From the NCBI GenBank assembly GCA_963422735.1, contig OY730476.1:800001-864000 (forward strand): DNA of 64,000 nt. Direction: 5' to 3'. The DNA comes from Candidatus Latescibacterota bacterium. GTDB lineage: Bacteria > Latescibacterota > UBA2968 > UBA8231. The translations under genes were made by a program, and so were the position numbers. Below are positions 38,874 to 48,831 of this stretch, one piece after another; position 1 is the stretch's first letter, and the number at the start of each line of letters is the position of its first letter. The notes under the pieces are model-generated. The model was not told where the DNA came from. It saw only the letters and a program-made list of their open reading frames with translations, and made no database searches.

Positions 38874-40028
38874 TTAAATGGGTATGCGACTCTGCTTGTT
38901 TGGGTTGACCCACTGGGTTACTACCAGCGAGACAAATGCCAAGAGCGCACCGCTAATAAAGATGACCTCGTAGCCAAAAAAGAGCCAAGCGTATCCGCCA
39001 ACTAGGGGCGCGGCCACGGCTGCTACGTGGTTCATGGTCACCCCCATAGAGAGGGTGGGTTTGAGTTCGTCTAAGGGCGCGATCTTGTGCGCGTAGGTCG
39101 TCAGCGCGATCCCGCCGAAGAAAATGAGGTTGTCGATACAATAGAGCGCGTACAAACTCGGCCGGTGCTCCACGAACGCGTAGCCCAAAAAGACGAAGAC
39201 CAACACGCTATAACTTAGAGTGAGCATCCGCCGCTCGCCAAAGCGATCGACCAAACGGCCCATCCACGAAGCCGTCAAGGTGATGAGCACTTGGTTGATC
39301 AGCACTAAGACCATGGTCGTCTCCACCGGCATCCCGTGTACTTTCACGAGGGCGAAAATGGCGAAGGTGATAAACATCTGCTTGCGCAGGCCCTGGAAGA
39401 AATTCAGGACGTAGTAGAGCAGATAGCGCCGCTTGAGCACCAAGCGCTTCTCGCCTGCGGGCGCGTCCTTGTCATCGACCCAAAACAGGGCTAAGCCACC
39501 CGCGGCCGTACACGCACCGGCTAGGACAAAGACCCCCTCGTAGCGCAAAAACTCCAGCCCCACCATGCACACGCCAATCGCCGCTAGCCAAGCCAAGCTG
39601 CCGATGCTGCGCAGTTGCCCCAGCCAGCGGCCTTTGTCCGCAGTTGGGCCGTAGGCGAGGCCCATGCTCTGCTCGAGCGGAAGCCAGCAGTGAAAGCCCA
39701 AGCTCCACACCAGCGAGAACGAAGCCAACATGAAGACCGAGGATACCTCGGCGTATGCGGCAAGCCCAGCGCCCATTACCACTAGCGCAACAGCGGCAAC
39801 TTTCGGCGGGGCACAGCGGACGATCAGCGCGAGAAAAAACGCGTTGAGAAAACCAGGGACTTCGCGCAGTGCCTCGACATGGCCCAATTCGTGCGGCTCG
39901 ATGCCCAGCCGCTCGACGATGAAGTTGTTGAACAGGGTCAACTGCACCCCGAAGAATACCCCGGTCCCAGCCACGGCCACGGCCAAGAGCGCGAAGTTTT
40001 TATTCCACTCGGCGAAAGGATTGGCGAT
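38874..40028 (-). CDS. MFS transporter
   Basis: About 12 TM segments, GRLVDRFGER motif; first canonical start TTG 39986, but an RBS-positioned ATC lies at 40028. Confidence 0.85.
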   Translation of the reverse strand: MANPFAEWNKNFALLAVAVAGTGVFFGVQLTLFNNFIVERLGIEPHELGHVEALREVPGFLNAFFLALIVRCAPPKVAAVALVVMGAGLAAYAEVSSVFMLASFSLVWSLGFHCWLPLEQSMGLAYGPTADKGRWLGQLRSIGSLAWLAAIGVCMVGLEFLRYEGVFVLAGACTAAGGLALFWVDDKDAPAGEKRLVLKRRYLLYYVLNFFQGLRKQMFITFAIFALVKVHGMPVETTMVLVLINQVLITLTASWMGRLVDRFGERRMLTLSYSVLVFVFLGYAFVEHRPSLYALYCIDNLIFFGGIALTTYAHKIAPLDELKPTLSMGVTMNHVAAVAAPLVGGYAWLFFGYEVIFISGALLAFVSLVVTQWVNPNKQSRIPI

Positions 40029-40150
40029 GATGGCCCCCTTATTGATGTAGTGAATTCAAGTATGCTTCCCCCTCTCGGTCAACCGACTTGACGCACAGAT
40101 AGACAGCCGTTAAGCTACCGACCCCAACCAACGCAAAGGAGACTGTTACG

Positions 40151-40894
40151 ATGGCCGACGAACGCGTCTTTATTGGCGACCTGACCCGCAGGGAATTCCG
40201 CGAGCGCATCCAAGCCGGCACGATCAAGGCCGCCATCGTGCCCACCGCCGCTACTGAACAGCACAACGAACACCTGCACATGATCCACGACACCTTCCAC
40301 GCCAGCTATATGGCCGAGCACGCGGCCAAAAAGCTCCTGTCCCAAGTGGTGGTAGCCACGCCGGTGGGCATCGGCGTTTCCGAGCACTGGATGGAGCACA
40401 TCGGCACCCTGACCGTGCGGCCGGAAATTTTCTGCGAATATGTCTTCGATGTCTGCCATTCGCTCGTGCGTGCTGGCGTTGAGAACATCTTGGTACTCAA
40501 CGGCCACGGCGGCAACGTCAAACCCATGATGCGTCGCATCGACGAATACCGGGACAAACTCGGCGTAAACCTCCGCTTCCAGTCCTATTGGGACGTATAT
40601 GACCCCGATTACGTGCAGCAACACATGGAACGGGGACGCCTGCCTGGACACGCCGACGAATTCGAGACATCGACCATGCTCTACCTAGCGCCGGAGCGCG
40701 TGCAGACCGAGGCCATCGACAACCCGGCCGCCGCCTTGGGTACGCGCGCCAAGGGCGAAGCGCTAGTGGGACCAGCCGTGGACGGGGTCGCCGCGCTGTT
40801 GGAGCAAATGATCGCCGGCGAGAAAATCGACCTGCCGCCGGTGACCTTCTATCCCGAGGGCAAGCGCAACCTCGTCACCGGCGAGCCGGTTTGA
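40151..40894 (+). CDS. Creatininase family protein
   Basis: TEQHNEHL..HD, SEHW, NGHGGN, GHADEFETS. Confidence 0.9.
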   Translation: MADERVFIGDLTRREFRERIQAGTIKAAIVPTAATEQHNEHLHMIHDTFHASYMAEHAAKKLLSQVVVATPVGIGVSEHWMEHIGTLTVRPEIFCEYVFDVCHSLVRAGVENILVLNGHGGNVKPMMRRIDEYRDKLGVNLRFQSYWDVYDPDYVQQHMERGRLPGHADEFETSTMLYLAPERVQTEAIDNPAAALGTRAKGEALVGPAVDGVAALLEQMIAGEKIDLPPVTFYPEGKRNLVTGEPV

Positions 40895-41924
40895 GCACGA
40901 CCCCTAGCGCCTCGGCCGGCGACTCGACGAGCACATCTACGGCCGCGGCGATCTCTTCGAGCGCAAACTCGTGGGTATAGAGCGGTTGGACGCGCAGCTT
41001 CCCGGCGGCCATGGCGCGCAGGCACTCGGCTAGGTTGCGCTGAGTCGGCCACTCGACGAAGACCTCGGGATACGCTCGGCCGCGCTCGTATGCTGGGTCG
41101 TGATAGCCGGGGCCGGTGCGCGCAGCACTCCGCACATCCACGTTGCCCAGCGCGGACCCAAAGCCGTGCGTTATCTGCGCTCCTCCCACGAGGACAATGC
41201 GTCCCATGCGATGCGTATCCGGCGCTTGCTTTAGGCTCTGATAGATGGCGGTAAAGGCATCGCTGGCATCGCCGCCAAAGGCAATGACGCCGAAATCCAT
41301 GCCATACCCTTGGGTGAACCCTTCGGCCTGCTCGACCACATCCTGTACGGCCGGATCGACGACGCACTCTATGCCCACCTGCTGGGCGATATCCCGACGG
41401 CGGGCAAAGCGATCGACCCCCAAGACGTGGCAGCCGCTTAGCTGGGCGAATTGGGCCGTGAGTTGGCCGACCAAGCCCAACCCGACGACGACCCCGTTCT
41501 CCCCGTACAAAGGGGCTGTGCGGCGCACTGCGTGTAATCCGGTCGCCGCCAGATGCACAGACGCGGCCTCGGCAAAGCTAACGCCCTCGGGTATGGCCGC
41601 GCACAAGTTCTGCGGCACACAAGCCCAATCGGCGTGCAGGGCGTACCCGCCCCCCATGCAGGCCACGCCCTGCCCTACCTCGAATTGCTCTACCTCGGCC
41701 CCGACCTGATCGACGACGCCGGCGTTGGCGTAGCCAAAGGGACGCGGTGGACTGTGGGGTTGGGGATTTTTCCGCATGGCCTCCACCCTCCCCAGTTCGC
41801 TCCCCGGGCTGATCAACGAAGCTTCCACCCGCATTTTTATCTCGCCGTCTCCGAGTGCGGGCATGGCTTCCTCTAAACACACCCCCTGACCGCGGCCATC
41901 AATAGCGGCGACTTTCCGCTGCAT
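40875..41924 (-). CDS. Zinc-binding (MDR) alcohol dehydrogenase family protein
   Basis: SLISPGSE, GYANAG, GLGLVG Rossmann motif. Confidence 0.85.
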   Translation of the reverse strand: MQRKVAAIDGRGQGVCLEEAMPALGDGEIKMRVEASLISPGSELGRVEAMRKNPQPHSPPRPFGYANAGVVDQVGAEVEQFEVGQGVACMGGGYALHADWACVPQNLCAAIPEGVSFAEAASVHLAATGLHAVRRTAPLYGENGVVVGLGLVGQLTAQFAQLSGCHVLGVDRFARRRDIAQQVGIECVVDPAVQDVVEQAEGFTQGYGMDFGVIAFGGDASDAFTAIYQSLKQAPDTHRMGRIVLVGGAQITHGFGSALGNVDVRSAARTGPGYHDPAYERGRAYPEVFVEWPTQRNLAECLRAMAAGKLRVQPLYTHEFALEEIAAAVDVLVESPAEALGVVLKPARR

Positions 41925-42034
41925 AAGTACCTCCTTCTCGCTCGTGCTGGTTGCGCCCCCACGGGCTGCTGTATTACTTATATACCTTGAATATTTACTT
42001 ATTCTTTTTTCTTTAGCGCACCATTCGAGGCCCT

Positions 42035-42805
42035 GTGAACGTCATCATCGCTGCAATTTTAGGAGGCGTCCTTTTGGTTTGGGGCGGGTTTTTGGGCCTG
42101 CTCCGAATTGCGGACCCCTTCGAGCGCAAACACGTGCTGATCCTCGCCGCGTACACCACCGTCGTCGTCGGCTGTGTCATAGGTTTGGTGCTCTTTATCA
42201 ATCACGATCGGCAAAAGGAGCACCGCTCTCAGCTAGAGGCGCAAATGGAGGACTTCTCCAATCGCCTCTCCGAGCTGAGCACCCGACTCATTGGCCAGCT
42301 AGAGGAAAAAGCTAATCTGACCGCCTCTGAATTCGAGATCCGATCCCTCCTACAAAACGAAGAGGATCACCACCAGCGCACCCGCAACCAACTAGCGACC
42401 CAAATAGCTCACAACAACGCGCTGCAAAACAAAATGGATGCCGAGCGCAAGGCGCGGCTGCGCTACCAATCCGACACCGACCGCAAGCTCGAAGAACGCT
42501 TCCAGCAGGAGAATTTGCGCTACCAAAACCTCGCCGATACCCATAAGCGCTCCTTGGCAAGTGTACGGGAGCAGCTTGGCCCCTTCAATAGAAAGTTGAC
42601 CCGTCTGCAAGAGCAAACCGCGACCTTGCAGCGCAATCAGCAAGCGATCATAGACAAAATCGCCGCCACCCGCGAGACCCACCAAAAACTCGACGCGCTC
42701 GCCCGCAGCCTGAGCGCCCTGTACAACGACTTGAAGCAAACCATGGCGCAAGTCGATAGCCTATATCACAAAACGCCTCCAACATCCACTGGCCCAACGC
42801 CTTAA
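42035..42805 (+). CDS. Hypothetical membrane-anchored coiled-coil protein
   Basis: Two N-terminal TMs followed by a long heptad-rich region. Confidence 0.7.
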   Translation: MNVIIAAILGGVLLVWGGFLGLLRIADPFERKHVLILAAYTTVVVGCVIGLVLFINHDRQKEHRSQLEAQMEDFSNRLSELSTRLIGQLEEKANLTASEFEIRSLLQNEEDHHQRTRNQLATQIAHNNALQNKMDAERKARLRYQSDTDRKLEERFQQENLRYQNLADTHKRSLASVREQLGPFNRKLTRLQEQTATLQRNQQAIIDKIAATRETHQKLDALARSLSALYNDLKQTMAQVDSLYHKTPPTSTGPTP

Positions 42806-42815
42806 GGATCCGACA

Positions 42816-43640
42816 ATGAAACGCACTCTCATCCCTTTCATCGCTCTATTCTTTGCCGCCTGCACCAATAAAGAGCAGGAGATGCTCCTCCTCCAATTGC
42901 AAAGCGATATGGTCCGCGCCAACGCCGCCATTGACTCGCTGACGTACTCGCTCGACGACTCCAACCGCTTGCTCGACGACATGCGGGCACAAGTTGACAG
43001 CACCCAACAGGTCAACGACACGCTTCTCAAAAACGTGCAAAAGCTCAACAAGGAACTGCGGCACTGGAGCAAACTGGCCACCGAATACAAGCAGAGCAAT
43101 GCGCGGTTAAAGCGCGAAATCGAGCAGCTAAGAAGGGAAAAGCAAACGGACCGCTCCACCATCTCCCAGCTACGCGCTGAGACCGACCGCCTCAATGGCG
43201 AGCTGCTGGAAACTCATAGCAGCATCCGCCGCCAGAGTGATCACATCCGCCGCTTAGAGCGGGAGTTGGCCCAGACCAAGGCCGAACTGGACGAGGCCCA
43301 AGCCCAAGCCGCAGCGCAAAACGCGGTGTACCTCTACGCTGCCAACGAGACGCAACTCATAGAGCAGGGCTATCTCAAAACCCACCGCCCCTTTGGCAGC
43401 GGGTTCCGCAAGCAATACGAGTTGGTTAAACAGATCCGCCGCGACAATCCGGGAACCCAAGTCGCACCCATTGGCCAAACCATCGCGCTACCAGGCGAGG
43501 TCGAGGCCCTCGTCGATCACTACGGCAAGCTCAGGAAGGGGGATGACTACGAAATGAAGCGAGGCGAAGCCGGAGTGCAGGTCACGTTTCTCAACGAGTT
43601 GGCCGGTGGCACGGGCGTCTTGGCAGTACTCAAAGAATAG
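42816..43640 (+). CDS. Hypothetical coiled-coil lipoprotein
   Basis: MKR...FAAC lipobox, long coiled coil, globular C-terminal domain. Confidence 0.72.
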   Translation: MKRTLIPFIALFFAACTNKEQEMLLLQLQSDMVRANAAIDSLTYSLDDSNRLLDDMRAQVDSTQQVNDTLLKNVQKLNKELRHWSKLATEYKQSNARLKREIEQLRREKQTDRSTISQLRAETDRLNGELLETHSSIRRQSDHIRRLERELAQTKAELDEAQAQAAAQNAVYLYAANETQLIEQGYLKTHRPFGSGFRKQYELVKQIRRDNPGTQVAPIGQTIALPGEVEALVDHYGKLRKGDDYEMKRGEAGVQVTFLNELAGGTGVLAVLKE

Positions 43641-43648
43641 CTTGGCCC

Positions 43649-44068
43649 TCACCAAGTGTGGACATAGACCGCCGAGCGCACCTTTTCTCCGGCTTGGTCG
43701 GTCGAGAGCAGCGAGTCGGCAAACGACGCGTGTTTGGCCAGCCGCTCGCGGCTACCTCCTTTGAGAAATAAGTGCAAGTTGGCTTCGGGTTCGGCGGCGA
43801 GGCGGCGCACCATCCGGCGGAACTCCCACTCGCTCAAGGGGCTATCGATGGTGTAGCCATCGCGCGATAGCCCCATGCCCGCGCTCGTGTACAGCACAAC
43901 CCGGTCCCCAGACTGTGGGTCGTGGCGATGGACCCGCCAGACCGGTTGCGTCACGTTGAGAATCATAATGCCTAAGCTCAGCATCAGCATCATAATCCCC
44001 AAGAAGAGTTCCTTGCTAATATCGTGCTCTTCAAACTCGGCGGCTTGGCGCTTGAGATAGCGGCTCAC
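43649..44068 (-). CDS. Single-TM protein, putative ExbD/MotB-like partner
   Basis: GTGA coupling to the MotA/ExbB-like gene; N-terminal TM plus small soluble domain. Confidence 0.55.
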   Translation of the reverse strand: MSRYLKRQAAEFEEHDISKELFLGIMMLMLSLGIMILNVTQPVWRVHRHDPQSGDRVVLYTSAGMGLSRDGYTIDSPLSEWEFRRMVRRLAAEPEANLHLFLKGGSRERLAKHASFADSLLSTDQAGEKVRSAVYVHTW

Positions 44069-44850
44069 AATTTTCTATTCCTCTCTCTGACCCAAGCGTC
44101 CTCCTGCCGGGCGAGCCGCTGGACTAGGTAATCGGCGATCTTGCGTAACGGCAAGTAGGCCAAGAGGCCGACGAGCGTGGTCTTAAAAGCCAAAACCAAG
44201 CCCTCGGCCATGGCGCTGAGCGCCTTAAACGTCTGAGTCGCTTCGTCAATCTGACTCAATTCCTGCGCGGTCAGCAAGATGCCGCAGACCGTACCCAAGT
44301 AGCCGTACAGGGGAATCCTCGCCAGATCGCGGCGCACGTGTGTCAAAGGGTCGCCGAGAAAGCCCACTAACTCGTCCACCAACTCCTCGTCCCTGCTCTT
44401 GCGATCGCTGTAGTTACCGGGTTGACGCTGCAATACCGCTAGCTTCTCCATTCTCCTGCGGCCCAAGGTATTAGGGCCGGGACCGCCTCCCCTCTCCCAA
44501 GCCCGCTCCTCGCGACGAAGATGCAAACTAATGTGTGTCAGGCTCAACAGATGGCCGCCAGCCGACCAAGCGATCAGCACGTATGAGAAGCGGCCAATCC
44601 ACGCAAAGGAACTGGCGAGATGCTGATTGATGAAGAGGTAATAAGCGGCTAGCGCTCCAACAATCAACCCGGTCAGCATACCTATACTGCTGGCGAGGAA
44701 CTGCAGGCGAGGCACGTACAGGGAGTACACTTCGTCGTGCCGGCGCATGCGCCGAGCTCGTCGCAAGTGCAAACAGCTAACGGTGACGCCGCCGGCCAGT
44801 GCCAACAGGATGCTGCTGCCTAATACTAGTTCGTCGTTCAACAGGTACAT
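44065..44850 (-). CDS. MotA/TolQ/ExbB proton channel family protein
   Basis: PLYGYLGTVCG and GLVLAFKTTLVG motifs; extra N-terminal TMs; ATG at 44850. Confidence 0.75.
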   Translation of the reverse strand: MYLLNDELVLGSSILLALAGGVTVSCLHLRRARRMRRHDEVYSLYVPRLQFLASSIGMLTGLIVGALAAYYLFINQHLASSFAWIGRFSYVLIAWSAGGHLLSLTHISLHLRREERAWERGGGPGPNTLGRRRMEKLAVLQRQPGNYSDRKSRDEELVDELVGFLGDPLTHVRRDLARIPLYGYLGTVCGILLTAQELSQIDEATQTFKALSAMAEGLVLAFKTTLVGLLAYLPLRKIADYLVQRLARQEDAWVRERNRKL

Positions 44851-46049
44851 CCCTTCGCGCTGAAGAGCTTCCACCACAGCCGACTCACCACCCCCAGATA
44901 GAACAGCAAGCCAGTCGCAATCCCCCACAGTTCCCACGGCGCGCTGGGGCCGACGTGGATGCCCCGAGCGGACGATTCCTGTACACCCATACCCCCCGAT
45001 CCCGTAGAGCGGCCCTCGCCTTTGGCTGAGCCGCGTGCGGCCGGGGGTACGTAATCTCGGCGGCGGTCTGCTCCCCCGCTCGCCGCGCCGATCAAGACAC
45101 GCTGCGGCACGATGTGGCTCGCACCTTTAAGGGCCTGTTTTTTGGGGAAAACCAACTCGCGTTGCGCGGCGGGCAATGACTCGGTCCAAGCGAGCAATTT
45201 TTTCGCCGCGTCTATGCTTTCGACTTCGGCCAATTTGCTCGCTTTCCCGAGGGAAAAAGCCAGCCGCCCGCGGACAAACCCCTGATAGAGCACATCCTGT
45301 GTCGCGCTGCGGCGCGCTTGGAGTTTTTGTGCCAATTCATCGCGTTGCTTTTGCAGATGCACTAGACGGCTGACGACCATATGAGTCTCCATAGGCTGGT
45401 GCGGCGCCGCGCGGGCAGTGTCAGTGAGCGGGCGGCGCCGCGCTGCGCGGGCCAATTGCGCGGCGTCAAAGCTGGCCTCTAATTCGACCTCGCCAAACAG
45501 CCTCGTCCCCCAGATGACTTCGGCCCCGGGAATGTCGGGCAAGCTGTGGTTGTAAAAACGCGGCTCGGCCCGCTGGCCGGCCACCCACCAGCGGCCATCG
45601 CCGGTAGCTAGCACCTTGCGCAAGCGGCCACGGCCGTCTTGCAAGTACAAACCGGCCATAAAGCCGCTCTCGACCCGGTCGGTGTCCCAGCAATGGGCGC
45701 GCAAGACATTGGACTTGCGCAGGTACACGACGGGAATTTCGACCCGAGTTGGGGTCAAGCGCGTCTCCCCGATCCGGTGTCCATTAAGGTACAGCTCGGC
45801 TTCGTCGTCAGCCCAAAAAATCAGCAATAGTTTGGAATTGGCTGGCAATAGCCGGCTGTTCCCTTTTTGATTTGCCAATTCGCGCAGCTTGTCCCCGCCA
45901 TAGAGGCGGACCAAGGTGTCGATGCTGGCGGACACTTGGTTGTACTGCTGTCTGAGTGCCACCACGTCATCAGCCGCAGCGGCCGCGGCCCAACCGACTC
46001 CGCACACCGCCCAAGCCAACCAACACATCCATCGCGCATAGCCGCTCAT
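44838..46049 (-). CDS. Exported hypothetical protein with a jelly-roll-like domain and C-terminal membrane anchor
   Basis: Signal peptide, ADDEAELYLNGHRIG...NVL motif, C-terminal TM; ATGA overlap with the SDR stop. Confidence 0.6.
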   Translation of the reverse strand: MSGYARWMCWLAWAVCGVGWAAAAAADDVVALRQQYNQVSASIDTLVRLYGGDKLRELANQKGNSRLLPANSKLLLIFWADDEAELYLNGHRIGETRLTPTRVEIPVVYLRKSNVLRAHCWDTDRVESGFMAGLYLQDGRGRLRKVLATGDGRWWVAGQRAEPRFYNHSLPDIPGAEVIWGTRLFGEVELEASFDAAQLARAARRRPLTDTARAAPHQPMETHMVVSRLVHLQKQRDELAQKLQARRSATQDVLYQGFVRGRLAFSLGKASKLAEVESIDAAKKLLAWTESLPAAQRELVFPKKQALKGASHIVPQRVLIGAASGGADRRRDYVPPAARGSAKGEGRSTGSGGMGVQESSARGIHVGPSAPWELWGIATGLLFYLGVVSRLWWKLFSAKGCTC

Positions 46050-46816
46050 ATATTGGACTTGGATTGCCCCCCATCGACATTGATGCAGGCACCGGTCACC
46101 CATTGCGCCCGGTCGGACGCCAGGAAGGCCACTACATCGGCGACCTCCTCCGGGGTGCCAAAGCGACCAAAGGGTATATTGGCGTCAATAAATGCTTGGA
46201 TTTGCGCTGGATTTTCCTTCATCCGCCGCTCCCAACTCCCCCCGGGAAAGAGAATGGAGCCCGGGGCCACGGTATTGACGCGGATGTTCTTCTTCGCCGC
46301 TTCAATGGCCAAGTTGGCCCCTAGGCTGATCAGCGCCGCTTTGGTGGCATTATAGGCAACAGGCCCGCCGGTTTCGCGGCCAAAAATCGAAGCGATGTGG
46401 ACGATGCTGCCGCCTCCGCGCGCTTCCATTAAGGGGATCGCCGCACGGCTCACTCGCACGGCCGAGAGGAAGCTCAAGTTGATGCTGTCGTTCCACTCAG
46501 TATCGTCGATCTCGACAAAAGGGGTCCACTTCGCTCCACCGACATTGTTTACGAGAATGTCGAGCCCGCCAAAGCGGCTTTTTGCCGCCTCCGCCACAGC
46601 GACCGCGCCCTCCGGCGTCGTCACGTCTTGCGCGGTGGCCTCCACCTCTGCACCCCGGTCTACTAATTCGGTGGCCGCTTCCGCCAGCGCGTCGGCACCG
46701 CGGGCACAGATGCAGAGCCGCGCACCTTCGGTGGCCAAGGCCGCGGCAATGCGCTTGCCAATGCCGCGGCTAGCTCCGGTCACCAAGGCGACTTTATCTT
46801 TGAGTCCTAAATCCAA
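46046..46816 (-). CDS. SDR family oxidoreductase
   Basis: TGASRGIG, LVNNVG, YNATK; TTG start after AAGGAG. Confidence 0.92.
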   Translation of the reverse strand: MDLGLKDKVALVTGASRGIGKRIAAALATEGARLCICARGADALAEAATELVDRGAEVEATAQDVTTPEGAVAVAEAAKSRFGGLDILVNNVGGAKWTPFVEIDDTEWNDSINLSFLSAVRVSRAAIPLMEARGGGSIVHIASIFGRETGGPVAYNATKAALISLGANLAIEAAKKNIRVNTVAPGSILFPGGSWERRMKENPAQIQAFIDANIPFGRFGTPEEVADVVAFLASDRAQWVTGACINVDGGQSKSNI

Positions 46817-46817
46817 A

Positions 46818-47804
46818 CTACACTCCTTTTTCAATGCCCGGAGCCAGCGCACCGGGGTTGGTTGCGAAAAGCGCGATTAAGTAAGCAATGCACAACACCA
46901 ACAACACCAAGCCTTTCGAGCGGTTTAACTCGTAGCCAAAGCGCATCAGCCCAAGCATCGCCAGCACGATCACCAACATCCATGGGAACATGAAATTGAC
47001 CACGTCGGCCGGAACTACCAGCGGATTGGCCAAGGCCGAGGCGCCGGCAATCCAGCAGATATTGAGAATGTCGGCCCCGAGGATGTTGCCCACCGCCAAA
47101 GCCCCTTGGCCCTTGCGGGCGGCGGTAATGCAGGTGGCGATCTCGGGTATCGAAGTGCCCAAGGCCACGACCACCAAGCCAATGACCACGTCCGGCAGCC
47201 CCAACGCCATCGCTACCACCGGGGTCGCCTCGACGATAAAGTGGCTGCTGACGACGACGCCGGCCAAACCGCCGACGAATAGCAACGCTACCAACCAGAG
47301 GCTGCGCGGAGCGGCTCCATCCTCGCCGACCTCAGCACGTGGCCGCCGCTTCTGCTCCCAAAACGAGTATATTAGGTATAAGACGAAAAGACCTACCAAC
47401 GTGCCGCCTTCCACCCGGGTCAGCGTCCCGTCGGAGGCCATGTACCAAGCTACCAGATCCACGGTGATGAGAAAAATCGCTGCCGAGCGCAGCACGACGC
47501 GGTCGATGGCAATGGCCGCGGTGGCAAAAAGCGCGGCCATGGGCAGGGCTAAGCCATCGTCGTAAATGACCGATCCCACGGCATTGCCCAGCGCCACTTC
47601 GGGCTTCTCCCCTAAGGCGGCGGTCACAGAGACTGCCAGCTCGGGCGCGGTAGTGCCGATGCCGACGATGACGATGCCGATCAATATCGGCGGGGCGCGG
47701 AGATAGCGCGCAATATCAATGGCTCCCTCCACCAGATAGTCGGCGCATTTGGCCAACAGCACGAAGGATAGGACCATCAGGCCCGCTGCCTCCCATACCT
47801 CCAT
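46818..47804 (-). CDS. Calcium/sodium antiporter (CaCA, YrbG-like)
   Basis: GTTAPEL...GNAVGS and GTSIPEI...GNILGA alpha repeats. Confidence 0.9.
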   Translation of the reverse strand: MEVWEAAGLMVLSFVLLAKCADYLVEGAIDIARYLRAPPILIGIVIVGIGTTAPELAVSVTAALGEKPEVALGNAVGSVIYDDGLALPMAALFATAAIAIDRVVLRSAAIFLITVDLVAWYMASDGTLTRVEGGTLVGLFVLYLIYSFWEQKRRPRAEVGEDGAAPRSLWLVALLFVGGLAGVVVSSHFIVEATPVVAMALGLPDVVIGLVVVALGTSIPEIATCITAARKGQGALAVGNILGADILNICWIAGASALANPLVVPADVVNFMFPWMLVIVLAMLGLMRFGYELNRSKGLVLLVLCIAYLIALFATNPGALAPGIEKGV

Positions 47805-47825
47805 GGTTTTAGCTCGTGGCCGTCT

Positions 47826-48698
47826 TCACTGCGCGTCTAAGTAGGAAGACAAGAGGCGCTCGGCGTTTCGATAGGCGATCTTGTCAAAGGCTTCCGCAGG
47901 TAGCTCAAGGGTGAGCAGAAAATCCATCAATTGGGAGTCAAAGTAGTCCCGACCAAAGAGCAATTTGTCCTGAAATTCGAGGAGGAAATCGCGCCCGAAG
48001 CGCCGGTCCCTTTGCAATGCACGCAACCCCGACCCGGCCGACAGATCGGCATATAGATTGCGGTACTGGCGCATCATCGGGGCCAAGCGTCCATTCGGCA
48101 GCAATGGGCCGCTCGGATAGCTCTCCTTAGCGTAGCGATCATCCCCGGAAATATGGGCCCAAAACCCAGGGGCATGACCGATGAAGACCGTCTGCGGACA
48201 GGCCACAATCGCACGTTCAAGCGCGTCGAGACTGCCGCCGTACCACCAGTTTGGGCGCGGGTAATCGCTGCGGCCATGGTCAATTGGATAGTCGAGATGG
48301 ATCGTAATGGGCAAGCGCATCGCGCCACAAGCCTCGTACAGGCGCAGTGCGTCTGGATCGTCAAATGGCAGGCGCACCTTCAGCTCGGAGGCCACCTGCA
48401 CACCGTGAATTTCGACCGCGGCCTTGAGCCGGTCTATGGCGTCGGGCCGCTTGGGATGAGGCATATAGCCGAGGACAAAGCGCTCGGGCGCTTCCCTGCC
48501 GACGGCCAGCACATCTTCTAAGGGAATCCCCAAGCCCGTAGGGGGCAACACCAAGTGATACGAAGGCGAGTATTCATCTGCAGGGACCTCCCACGAAAAA
48601 AGCCACATCTGTTCGATACCCTGCTCGTCCATGTTGCGCAGGATTTTGGCGGCGTTAAACCCGTGCCAATTGGGGTGATTATGCGCGTCAATGAGCAT
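47826..48698 (-). CDS. Amidohydrolase family protein
   Basis: IDAHNH, IH, GH, LLFGRD metal-site motifs. Confidence 0.85.
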   Translation of the reverse strand: MLIDAHNHPNWHGFNAAKILRNMDEQGIEQMWLFSWEVPADEYSPSYHLVLPPTGLGIPLEDVLAVGREAPERFVLGYMPHPKRPDAIDRLKAAVEIHGVQVASELKVRLPFDDPDALRLYEACGAMRLPITIHLDYPIDHGRSDYPRPNWWYGGSLDALERAIVACPQTVFIGHAPGFWAHISGDDRYAKESYPSGPLLPNGRLAPMMRQYRNLYADLSAGSGLRALQRDRRFGRDFLLEFQDKLLFGRDYFDSQLMDFLLTLELPAEAFDKIAYRNAERLLSSYLDAQ

Positions 48699-48760
48699 TT
48701 GTTAATAATATTCTCGCGGGTAAAAACTGTCAAGATAAAGCGCAGTTTATCTATTGCGAT

Positions 48761-48803
48761 TATGAATAATTATTTTTGATTAATAATTTTTATTTATTAT
48801 ATT
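48761..48803 (+). promoter_or_regulatory. AT-rich argG promoter region with ARG-box-like sequences
   Basis: tatgaataattatttttg resembles the ArgR box consensus; ttgatt-N16-tatatt candidate promoter. Confidence 0.4.
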
Positions 48804-48831
48804 ATTTGCTTTACCCACAAAAGGACCAACC

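Noticed and set aside
43649-44850. Zorya ZorAB defence pair
   Set aside because: No long ZorA tail, no OmpA-like domain in the partner and no zorC/D/E genes
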